DNA of 40,597 nucleotides from Toensbergia leucococca. Its lineage: Eukaryota. Below are positions 30,675 through 40,597 of this stretch, piece by piece; positions within the stretch are counted from its first letter, which is position 1; each line of letters starts with the position of its first letter. The translations under genes and the position numbers were made by a program. Where the stretch lies: the NCBI GenBank assembly GCA_022813965.1, contig JALDZS010000206.1:1-40597 (forward strand), written 5' to 3'. The notes beneath the pieces are model-generated. The model was given only the letters and a program-made list of their open reading frames with translations. It had not been told where the DNA came from and searched no databases.

Positions 30675-33600
30675 ATGGACGTTGCCATCAGTCCCTCTCC
30701 GAGCGGCACAGAATCTTTACATCTGCCATATGATGCCCTACACATGAATTCCTTACCATCCTCAACTTCGGTTCAGCAAAGCAGACACTCTCAGTACACT
30801 GTTCCGGCCTCCTCAACACCCCGCTCGCCTGGCCGATCGCTTGGCCCTGCCGTTGAACCAAGCAGTGAACAGGAACACTCTGGGACAGACCAGCCTCTAC
30901 GTTTCGCAACCGGCTTGAATCATTACCGACATCCGGGAAGGCGAGAAGTAAATGACGCAGGAAGCCGAATAGAACCTAACGGCCAAGACCACGACAGAAT
31001 GGATATGGAGACGGAGAGCGATGACACTTCTTCGGAAGAGAGCACGCCAGAGTCTTCTGAAAACTCTGGCACCGTCGGATTAGTGAACACAGTGCTGGAG
31101 GACGACGAGATTATGGATACTAGCCCTGATAGCCCTCCGTCTGAGGAGCCTCCGCCTTTGCCGGACCATGATATGCACAACAGTGAATCAACAGGCCAAG
31201 AACGACAACAGATTGACGTTGCCGTTAATGAAGATGACACCGAACGAGCACCAGATTCTATCGCTGCGTCGGAGGTCTCTGCCGGTAACGAGACAGTCTC
31301 CAGAACCACAAACAATAGCAACTCTCATCATGTCAACTACGATCAAAGTCCTTCCGTCAACCCAGTTATGATTCCTACAATCAACTGGGCTGAGCCGCCC
31401 TCTACAATAGCATGGAACACGGCACCGCCACCGTTGCCCCCTTTGTCTAGTGATGAAGCCACTCCAATGGATACATCAGGAGTATTGGTTGCTGGTACAT
31501 CAATTCTGGGGGTGGTTCCCGTTCAAATATCTCCTGAGCAACAAGTTGCCTCCGTAGGGGCTGTCGCTTCTGCCTGGGGTGAACCAGCGGCACGTCCCGA
31601 AGCGCGTCCGGCATGGGAAGAAGAACGAGATTACAGTGGAGATGATGACTCTACCGACGAGGAAGACTACCCCTACTGGGCCAATCTCAAAGAGGACACA
31701 ACCTCTCCTGATGAGGAAGAACTCAAGGAGATTGAGGAATCTGGTAATGAATACAGTGGCCTTGACCGTAAGCATTAAGATCTTCCTACCCGGCAACGCA
31801 CACTGACATGTTAATAGACGAACACTGGGAGAACGAGATTTATGAAGCTCTCGATGACCCTGAATACATCCCTGACGACTCATGTCGCATTACATGGACT
31901 GTGAAAGGGGTCAATGGTAGTCCAGAAAAGCCGAACAAAGAAAAGGTTATGAGGTCGCCTTCTGTCTTCGTTGGAGGCCACTACTGGAATATCAAATATT
32001 ACCCTCGAGGTGACGATGGAACAGAGCAGCTCAGTATCTACATTGAATGCTCCTTGTATTCCGAGGAAGAGCGAAAAACCAGAGATCTTAAGCCGGCTCC
32101 TTCAACAACACTTTCAATCCCAAATACGTCCATTAATCCCCCTATCGCTCATGAAGACTCATCTAGTAACACAAATACAGAGACTGCTGAACCCGTAATA
32201 GGGACTGAACACGTATCGCAGCAGGGTGAGCTACCAGGTGAAGCTATTCCTATTCAGTCATCTCCTACTCTATCAAAGGTAGACGACTCGCCAGAAGACC
32301 AGCCGTGGGAGATAGCCGCCCAGGTGGGTTGTGTAATTTATAATCCACAGGAGCCAAGGGTCCACGTTATGAAGAAAACTAGCCATCGTTACCATAACGG
32401 CAATCCGGACTGGGGGTGGACAAGATTCCATGGACCGTGGGATGAGATCCATAAACGTCGGCGCTGCGAGCGACAAGCTCTTCTTCGGAATGATACCCTG
32501 GCATTCACCGCCTACATTCGTATTGTACGAGACGACACTAAAGTCTTGTGGTGGCACCCTGGAAAAGAATCAACTGAATGGGATAGTGTTGCACGGACCG
32601 GTCTTAGGGGTTTATCATCAGGACTGTCTGATGCAGGTGCCATGGCATCTGCCTTATCAGCCTGGCTACACCTAGCTCCCATCGCCGATCTCATAAATAA
32701 TATGCCTATTCCAAACACAACTCATGGATCCCGTTCCAGAATCCGACCTTTATTCCAAGAACTGCAGTCAATTTGCAGTAGAGTCAGAGAAACGCCAACC
32801 TCGTCATCTCCGATCTCACTATCACGTATTCTCGACGTCATGGAATGGCATGGTATAAGAATCACCACTAAGACAGACGTGGTGGCTATCTGGGAAAGAC
32901 TTCGACATTTACTCAATGAGGAAGGGCGCGACGAGAACGGATGTGAAGGCGTGTCCGACTTGTTTCATGAAATTCTAATGCTCAGGCAGCCTAATCTATT
33001 TAAACAAGACATTTCTACTATAGATGATTTTCAGGCTGTGGTACTCGAAGAACACGCGCGACCGTATTCTTCTGCCGAGCCAAGGAGTGTGCAACAGACA
33101 CTTGACATGGCTCTAGATGGTAGTGAAGGCTTCAAAGTCTGGGAAGGTCTGCATGAGGAGAAGGCATACTCAACTCTTCCTTCAGTTATACAACTTGAGC
33201 TCCACCGCCAGAGTTATGCATCCGGAACCAGACGTTGGAAGAAGCTAACGCATCAAATCAAAATTGAAGAAGTTATATCTTGCAAGCTTTCTCACAGACC
33301 ACCCCAAGAGTACACACTTTATGGCATGATTGTACACACTGGTGATTTGGAGTCTGGGAATTACTTTTCAGTCATCCGTCCTAGGGGTCCGGGTACGAGA
33401 TGGTTGAAATATGCCAGTGGCCGAGACGAGCAAGCTGTAACGTGCTTAACCACGAAGCAAGCTTGCGAGACTCATGAAGGTTCAGGGACACACGGAGACG
33501 GGAGTGCTGCTGTTGCGTATGTTGTTATTTATGTGCGGACTGAAATGCTTTCAGAAATTCTTCGGAATTCAGATTCACAGGATACCGTAGCACGACCGGA

Positions 33601-35228
33601 GAAGTCGCAGGAGCCTTTGGGTGACAGCTTAGAAGCTCTACCGGATCGGGAGCCCAATGATGAGATGTTCACTGCTCACGTATATCGATCACTCCTATTC
33701 GAGGATTACTTAGGTCGTGGACGATTTGATTTGTGGAGTCCTCAATGGTCCTCAGCGGATTCAAGCCTTGTTCTTGACTTGCAATTTCCTATATTTACCA
33801 AGCTCTGTCAAGTTCAAGAGTATCTGGCTACTCAAGTACTTGTGGGAGAGAAGCCAGAACATTGCTGGTTGTGGCGTTTAGACACGACGCCGTCAAAGGG
33901 TACACGGTGGCTCCCACGCTTTTCACTGCTACCGAACCGGGAAGAGAAGCTATATGATCTTATAAATTCAGACACTGGAGGCTGTCACCTTTGGCTCCAC
34001 GTTCTACCTGCAGATCAGCGAGAGCTAGTCAAAGAAGTGCCGCAATCTGAACCTCCCCCCAATCTTCCTAATGATGCCCAGATATCGACTGATCAAGAGG
34101 ATCCTGCTGCTAATACTCTGCCAACCCCGGATTCAAATACGACTGCTTTATTGACAGCAGCGATGACTGAGCGTCCCGCGCTATCAGGTCAGGATCATTT
34201 AGATGAGACTGCAGATGGAGAAGATACCGTAATGGAAGGGACACAAGATTCTGGTGAAGCTGGGATAATTGAACCTCTAGTCACCGCGGAACCCTCGCAC
34301 ATCTGGGCTAGTTGTGAAGAACCATGGGATCAGATCTATTTCTTCTTGAAGATCTTCGATGCTGAAAGTCAGACACTACGCGGACTGGGTAGCTATCTAG
34401 CTAAACGGAAAGATCTAATCAAGGACGTCGTGCATCGCAAGCTTTCATGGCCTCTATCTAGACTCATGCAAGCCGACATGTATCGTGAAGATGATCTACT
34501 TTTAGACGAGAAGAATCTACTCAGACCCAATAGTAACTTCGAGGAAGGCAAAATAATTCACGGGAGCATCATCATTGTGCAAGAAAGGCTTTCAGATGAA
34601 CAGTAAGGAGCCCTTCTGCAATATCCAACAGTCTCTACGAAGATCCAACTAACATTTTGGTAGAATCACCAGCCTCGAAGCCTCAGGAAAATGCGCTAAC
34701 ATCTTCGGCTACCTTGAATCACTTGCGCAGATGGCCAGTCCTGCCTTCCGCCAACCCTACTACACCCACTCCTACTTCGGCGATCTCTACTTCTCCTGCT
34801 CCCTCCACCGCGGCCACCTCCACGGCCAAGGCACCATGATTTCTCTCTGCGGCGATTGGTACATTGGCAGCTTCACCGCGAACCGCTTGTCGGGCACGGG
34901 TATGATGGCCTACGCCAATGGCAACACCTACACGGGCACCTGGCTATCTGACGAGCCGCACGGCCAAGGCAAAATGGTCTACGCCAAAACGAACAATGTG
35001 TACGAGGGGGGCTTCCGCAAGGGAAAGAGGCACGGAAAAGGCACGATGCAGTTTGAGGTTGCGGATGAGGAAATGGCGCTGTGTCGGATTTGCTATGAGA
35101 AGGAGATGGATTGTTTGCTTTATGATTGCGGGCATGTGGTTGCTTGTGAGGAGTGTGCGCGGTTGGTGGAGACGTGTCCGGTTTGTCGGAAGAGTGTTCG
35201 AGCTGTGGTGAGGATTTGGAGGACTTGA
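30675..35228 (+). CDS. MATH + USP/UCH-like (probably inactive) + MORN repeats + C3HC4 RING protein (~1480 aa)
   Basis: Exons 30675-31767, 31818-34602, 34664-35228. MATH (VGGHYWNIKYYPRG...LSIYIEC...DWGWTRF); USP-like (LPSVIQLELHR, YTLYGMIVHTG); MORN (YIGSF...GTGMM, YTGTW...HGQGKM, YEGGF...HGKGTM); RING CRIC...CGH..AC..C...CPVCR. Confidence 0.88.
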
Positions 35229-35229
35229 T

Positions 35230-36310
35230 GATTATTAGAAAGCGGGGGGGTTGGTAGATGGGGATGTTTTCGGGGATGGGGAAGTATATTTGGGAATTGA
35301 TATGTGGCTGCTTTGGGTTGGAGAGGGGGTGGTGCTGCCGAGACGGGTTGATTTTGTTGACTTGGGTTGTGATGTGATGTACAGAAGCTTTTGTTCCTTC
35401 TTGCCCGACAATATAGAGGCCTTTTGAAAGTTTTCTTGTGTTGTTTTTTTTTTTTTTTTTGGTGTGGTAGGGAGATTTGTTGATTGAGAACCAGAAGATC
35501 AAACTTTCCCCACTCTTCTTCCTCCTCTCTCCTCTTCTCTCCCCTCTAGCGGAAATCGTGGCGATTTGTGTTGTTTTTTTTTCTTACTCTTTCTTTTACT
35601 TTTGAAGGAAGGGGGGGGGGGGAGGAAGGGTTGTGGGTTGTTGGAGGTGGGGCTTTTTTTCTTGTGTGCACGTTGCTATAGGTAGGTACTTTTTGCATGA
35701 CCTGACCTGACCCTGCTATGATGCCCCGACGATACTTTTTACGATATCCACGTCCCGTTCCGTTACGTTCCGTTACGTTATGTAGATCTTCCTTCTTCTC
35801 CCTCTCTCTCTCTATCTTCGGGTTTGGGGCGCGGGGTGTAGCTGTGGGATTTTTTTTTGGCTTTGGTTTGGGCTAGGCTGGTTTGTTGGGTTTTGGTTTT
35901 CGGTTTTTTGGTTGTGGTGGGGAGAGGATGGGGGTTGGGATTGAGGAGGGGGAGGGGGAGGGAAAGGGGGAGTGGATGGGGAGTGGATGGGGAGTGAGAG
36001 GGGGGAGGGGAGGGGGTTTAGATAGATCTAAAGAAGGCTTCGGTTGATTGGTATGGTATGGTTTAGGTTCGGTTCTGCTAGGTAGAAATTGTGTCCTCCT
36101 TTTTTCTTTTTCGGGAGAAGGATTTGTGTGATGAGGAGGATGTCGTTGTGATCATATGCAGCAATTCTTCCTTTCCCTTTCCCATTCTCCTCCCTCTACT
36201 CCCCTCCCCACCTGAGCGCTATCTTGCATGGCCCAATGCAGTAGTGACACCTCTCTCTAACCTACCACCTCCATCACCCGCATCCACCAGCCCATAGACG
36301 TAGTTGCTGG
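35230..36310. repeat. Low-complexity G/T-rich region between convergent genes (homopolymers, short tandem repeats)
   Basis: Poly-T near 35445-35460, poly-G near 35611, (CTGAC)n near 35700, (CGTTC/CGTTA)n at 35756-35780, G-runs at 35920-36016. Confidence 0.7.
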
Positions 36311-36313
36311 TCA

Positions 36314-38335
36314 TTACAGCCTACTTCTACTCTTCTTAGCCTTGGGATCAATGCCCTTCCTCCTCAAGCGCCGCCGTCGCGCCTGCTCGATATACGCCTC
36401 GTCTTCTCCGTCGTCAAAGCCGCCAAAGGGTATATCCTTCTCCACCGCCTCCCCATCCTCCCCCGCACCCTTATCATGCAAATTCACACACTCTACTCCA
36501 TCATTTCCATCTGCGTCCGCGTCTTTGGTTGCTCCGCTAGCAGCAGCACCCCCGGCAGGCGACGGCGCAAACTTCTTGAATTTGCTGACAAAGAACCCAT
36601 CAACATTATACGCATGCGGGTAATACCTCCTCGTCATGCGCATCTTCGGGTGAAATTTCTTGCCCATGTAGCTCACAAAGCCTTCGACACCAAACGTGAG
36701 GCCTGTTTCGACCAGCCGAACATTCGGGCGCCGCGAGAGTGCGTATTGAACCACTTGCTCGTTTTCCTCGACCGTGACGCTGCAGGTGGAGTAGACGATG
36801 TAGCCGCCCGTCTTGCTGGCATGATCGACCGAATCGATGGCCGCGAGCAAGAGCTGCTTTTGCAGGTGCGGGAGAAGCATAAAGTCCTTTTCCGTCTTGT
36901 TGGTTTTGACGCTAGGGTCTTTGGCGATGACTCCGGTGCCGGAGCAAGGCGCGTCGAGAAGGACGCGGTCGAAGCCGCCGATGATTTTGGGGAAGTCGCG
37001 GGCGTCATGGTTGCAGACGATGGTATTTTTGGCTCCCAGGCGGTGGATGTTGCCGATCAGGGCTTTGGCGCGGGATTTGTTGCTGTCATTGGCAAAGATG
37101 CTGCCCGTGTTTTTCATAAGTGCGGCGATGTAGGTTGTTTTTCCTCCCGGGGCAGCGGCCATGTCGAGGATGCGTTCGTCTTCTTGCGGGGCGAGCGCCA
37201 TGACGGGGAGGAAGGAGGATGCCGCTTGTAGGATGTAGTGTCCTGCCAGGTATTCTGACGTGGCACCGAGGGGCACTTGCGATTCGAACACTTGCAAGCC
37301 CACTTTGGACCATTTTCCAACGGGCTCGAGCGTGACACCGCGATTGATTAGCGCTTGGGCTAAGTCGCGGCGGTGGGTGCGGAGGGTGTTTGTACGGAGG
37401 ACAAGGGGGCGAGGGGATTCGTTTGCTTCGAAGAATGCAAAGGCTTCGCGAGGTGGAAAGAGGTTGAGGAGTTTTTCGGCAAGGTAAGGGGAGTAGCCGT
37501 AGTATAGGCTTATATCTTTTTGGAGCTGGGAGGTGTAGTCTGCTCGCGAACGGCCTTCTTCGGAGAGTTTGCCAAAGTCCTCCAGGACGCGGATAGTGTC
37601 TGTGATCCTGGAACGAAGGAGTTGGAGGTCTGGTGCTAGCCTTGTGGTCGCAGTCAAGGCTTCTTCGTCTTCGTCTGCTTCTTCTAGCACTTTTGGCCTG
37701 TCGCCGTCGATGTTCGTTCGTAGGGCTGCTTCCTCCAGTTCCAGTTGTGCATCGGCTGCCTCGTCGTCTTGTTCAGCATCTAAGCGTTTTGACAAGCCCT
37801 CGATATTCGCAGCTGTGAGTTTTTCTTCTGCATCAGAATCGCCTTCGTCTTCAGAGAACATGGCTCGCCCTGTATCTGGGTCTGAATCAAAAACCGAGGA
37901 CCCTGATTCAAGAAACTCATCCGGTAGATCGTCTCCATCGTCTATTCTCCCATCTTTGAAAACCATAGAAGCATCACTATCATTATCAATATCTCCCCCG
38001 AGCAGATCTGCTGCATCATCATCCGAGCTGTCCTCGGACAAGACTTGTTTCTTTTCAGACGTAACTCTCGCGACAAGCTTCTTGCCGTTTTGTTTGTGGG
38101 GCGATCTGCCATTGGTAGCGATCCCTTTCGTCTTTGGCTTCAAGCTCGAAGTTCTAGGACTATTTGCTACCTTTGTAGGCATCATCGGTCTGACAATTTC
38201 TCCTGAAGCCTTTCTCTTCTTCCCACGACCGTTACTCTCGACTTCCGCAGCTTTTCTTTTCTTCAGCAATGTGATTTTGCACTCGTCGAGAGGAGACGGA
38301 GGGCCTTGCTTTTTCATACGTCGTCCCACGCCCAT
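36314..38335 (-). CDS. NOP2: 25S rRNA cytosine-C5 methyltransferase Nop2 (~673 aa)
   Basis: Start MGVGRRMKKQGPP (ATG 38335). Motifs RTNTLRT, ILDMAAAPGGKT, FDRVLLDAPCSGTG, IVYSTCSVTVEENE, VDGFFV. Intronless. Confidence 0.97.
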   Translation of the reverse strand: MGVGRRMKKQGPPSPLDECKITLLKKRKAAEVESNGRGKKRKASGEIVRPMMPTKVANSPRTSSLKPKTKGIATNGRSPHKQNGKKLVARVTSEKKQVLSEDSSDDDAADLLGGDIDNDSDASMVFKDGRIDDGDDLPDEFLESGSSVFDSDPDTGRAMFSEDEGDSDAEEKLTAANIEGLSKRLDAEQDDEAADAQLELEEAALRTNIDGDRPKVLEEADEDEEALTATTRLAPDLQLLRSRITDTIRVLEDFGKLSEEGRSRADYTSQLQKDISLYYGYSPYLAEKLLNLFPPREAFAFFEANESPRPLVLRTNTLRTHRRDLAQALINRGVTLEPVGKWSKVGLQVFESQVPLGATSEYLAGHYILQAASSFLPVMALAPQEDERILDMAAAPGGKTTYIAALMKNTGSIFANDSNKSRAKALIGNIHRLGAKNTIVCNHDARDFPKIIGGFDRVLLDAPCSGTGVIAKDPSVKTNKTEKDFMLLPHLQKQLLLAAIDSVDHASKTGGYIVYSTCSVTVEENEQVVQYALSRRPNVRLVETGLTFGVEGFVSYMGKKFHPKMRMTRRYYPHAYNVDGFFVSKFKKFAPSPAGGAAASGATKDADADGNDGVECVNLHDKGAGEDGEAVEKDIPFGGFDDGEDEAYIEQARRRRLRRKGIDPKAKKSRSRL

Positions 38336-38599
38336 AATTGCAGATTCTATCACTGACAACACGAGAGAATAAGTTTGTCCGAATACTTAGATTTCCCGAA
38401 AATCTGAAGATATTGCAGTTGAGGATATCTAGAAACCCTGCTAGCCCCTGAACTAGCGCCATCCGATAACCTTGATCTAGAGGACCTGCACGATTGACGT
38501 AGAGAAAATAGGAACGTACGTCCACAAATACAATATATACTCTACCACCATCTCTCCACCGCACCATATCCCACAGCTCCCCTCTCTCCAACCGCAAAA

Positions 38600-39347
38600 A
38601 TGTCCGAACTCACCTTCGCCAAATCCTTCCTTTCAACCCTCGACTCCCGCTCCATCAAGCTCCAAGCAGACTACGTCGCCGACCCCAAAACCATGGTCCC
38701 CAAAACACCCGTACCTCCCTCCTCTCCCCTGTACTTCCCCACCACAGCCCCCAGCTAATCTCCCCTATTCCAAAAAAAAAAAACAGTATACCCTACCTAG
38801 GCACCCTCACCTCATGAGCAAACCCTCACAAATAGCCACAACCCAAGCGCCTGGCTCCACCCCCTCCGTCACCTTCACAGTAACTCTCAAATCGCTGCGC
38901 AATCCGCCCTTGTCTCTCATTCTCAAATCCCTTCAACCGACGACCAGCATGCACGATCTCAAACTTGCCGTGGCCTCTGAGCTCAGCTTAGTTGGAACGG
39001 ATAACATACGGGTGCTGTGGAAGAAGAAGCCCGTATCTGATGCGAGAAGTGTGAGGGAAGTGGTTGGGGATGAGGTCGGCGAGGGAGGGGGAGAGGTAGA
39101 ATTTGGGATTATGGTTATCGGGGGTGTCCCCGTGACGAGAGGTGAGGAGGATGTGACTATGGGAGAGGCTGGAGGGGTTGGGGTTGCACAGGGGATCAGC
39201 GGTGCGGAGGTTTTGGGGACGGAGGAATTTTGGGAAGACTTGAGGGGGTGGTTGATGCAAAGGATTAGAGACGAGGGGGCTGCGGGAGAGGCGTGGGAGG
39301 TTTTCAAGGGGGGCTGGAAGGGGAGAGGGAAGGCGGGGATCGAGTGA
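38600..39347 (+). CDS. GET5: Get5/Mdy2 ubiquitin-like protein of the GET pathway (~223 aa)
   Basis: Exon 1 38600-38710 (MSELTFAKSFLSTLDSRSIKLQADY, Get5 N-domain), intron 38711-38786, exon 2 with UBL (VTLKSLRNPP...IRVLWKKKPVSD) and C-terminal dimerisation motif FWEDLRGWL. Confidence 0.85.
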
Positions 39348-39726
39348 GTAGATTGAGGATAAGATGTAAAGGATTGGCCGACCGTTTGTGCACGAGTTGC
39401 TGTGGCGATATGCCTACATATGAATATCATCGATTTAAGCTCACAAAGATATCGGTACGCACATCGCGGAGGAAGAAAGTCCCTATTGCGACAAATTCGA
39501 GTACAATTCGAAGCCGGAGCCCTGCCCTTCCCAATCAGGCTTTCAGTACGTAAACACGAAGCCCTACGAGCAAGGAGTCCTGGTGTAAAAACTTCGTGCT
39601 GCAGAGGTGATCATAGTAAGCATCAGGTCAATATGAAGGTTTCGCTTCATGCTATTCGTCGTAGCCACCAAAGTCTGTATGCCCAAATGCTAGTCTTCGA
39701 AATCATGTCAATAGTCGGTTGAGCGA

Positions 39727-40450
39727 CTAGCGCCTTCCTTTGCTCACGTCCTTTAGGACTGTCGCGTACTCGATTTCATCATCTCGGTTGGCTTGTATTT
39801 CCCCAGCAAGTCCACTGAGTGCATTCTTCAAAGATTCCTTGGATGAGGCATAAGTCATCCGTGGCTATGTGATCCAATAATTAGCGACTTCTCCCACCAG
39901 TCGGAAAAGATATAAACGTACGAAGACAAGGGTGCCCTCGTCCGGAGACCAGGAAATGAACGTAATCTTATTTCTATGGTCCAATCAGCGTCTAAATCTA
40001 GTAGCCTCTTACTGTTCCGATACATACCTCTTGCCCTCCCCAGCCTCAAGTTCATACTCGAAATCATACACGGCATAACGTGGACCTTTCCCTTCTTTGC
40101 CTTTATGACTAGACTTGGCGTTCATAAGCTTGTTTTGAAAAACCTCCCAGTCTCCATCCGATCCAGAATCCTCGACCACAATCTCTTTATAATCGTCTGA
40201 GAGCTTATAGATGATGTACTTGATTGTGCCTTTGCCGAGTTTAAGTTCGTTGAAGGTAGAAATGCACTCGGGTGCTACCGAGACGCTGAACGATATGAAC
40301 AGATTAGCTTTTGGATGATTTCTGCGATACTTGCAGCGGCGGGGGGTAGCCTGCAGGGTAAGATTGTTACCTACCCGGATTTACTCTAAATCGAGGGGAT
40401 CAGCATTGCGACACCAAAGCACCTCGAATGGGATTCTGATAACTTACCAT
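39727..40450 (-). CDS. COF1: Cofilin / actin-depolymerising factor (153 aa)
   Basis: Exons 40450-40448 (ATG only), 40385-40375, 40285-40028, 39973-39922, 39864-39727. Translation MSKSGVSVAPECISTFNELKLGK...YIIYK...PRYAVYDFEY...RNKITFISWSPD...RMTYASSKESLKNALSG...EIQAN. Absent from the ORF track. Confidence 0.95.
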
Positions 40451-40597
40451 GACTGCGGGATTTTGGCGATAGTAGGAAAATAAAGAATGAGGTGGAGAGC
40501 TGTGCTATCAGAGATTCGTTAGTGGAGTGGCGGGGAAGATAGCAAGCACCCAGGGTGTGACGTGCAGGATTAGCAATGTAATGGGTGGACACTGGAT

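Noticed and set aside
34873..35502. 209-aa minus-strand ORF
   Set aside because: Overlaps the MORN-RING exon antisense and runs through homopolymers.
38336..38362. GTG-initiated N-terminal extension of NOP2 in the ORF track
   Set aside because: Eukaryotic gene; ATG 38335 gives the typical MGVGRRMKKQG start.
36342..38372. Long plus-strand ORFs (251 aa, 267 aa and others)
   Set aside because: Antisense shadows of NOP2 caused by its codon bias.

Overview
Gene-dense eukaryotic DNA from a filamentous ascomycete (Pezizomycotina). The evidence is short GT-AG introns with CTRAY branch sites; the lineage is inferred. A housekeeping backbone comprises GPI19/PIG-P, a membrane-anchored histidine acid phosphatase, a long coiled-coil protein, RFC3, SNT1, DYS1, a MATH-USP-MORN-RING protein, NOP2, GET5/MDY2 and cofilin (which the ORF track misses). 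Two accessory islands interrupt it. Island 1 (~4.6-11.1 kb) holds a fungal NLR (PNP_UDP nucleosidase + NB-ARC + 126-bp TPR repeats) head-to-head with a non-canonical CorA-like two-TM gene. The NLR's nucleosidase domain has Asn at the usual catalytic Asp and is separated from the rest of the gene by a GC-AG intron with an immediate stop. This pair is the best candidate for an undescribed immune/cell-death module. Island 2 (~16.2-19.5 kb) is decayed: a hairpin/MITE-like inverted repeat, an AT-rich patch depleted in CG/CC/GG, an ankyrin pseudogene and a cytochrome P450 pseudogene. Exon models were derived by hand and need RNA-seq confirmation. No rRNA, tRNA or CRISPR array was seen.
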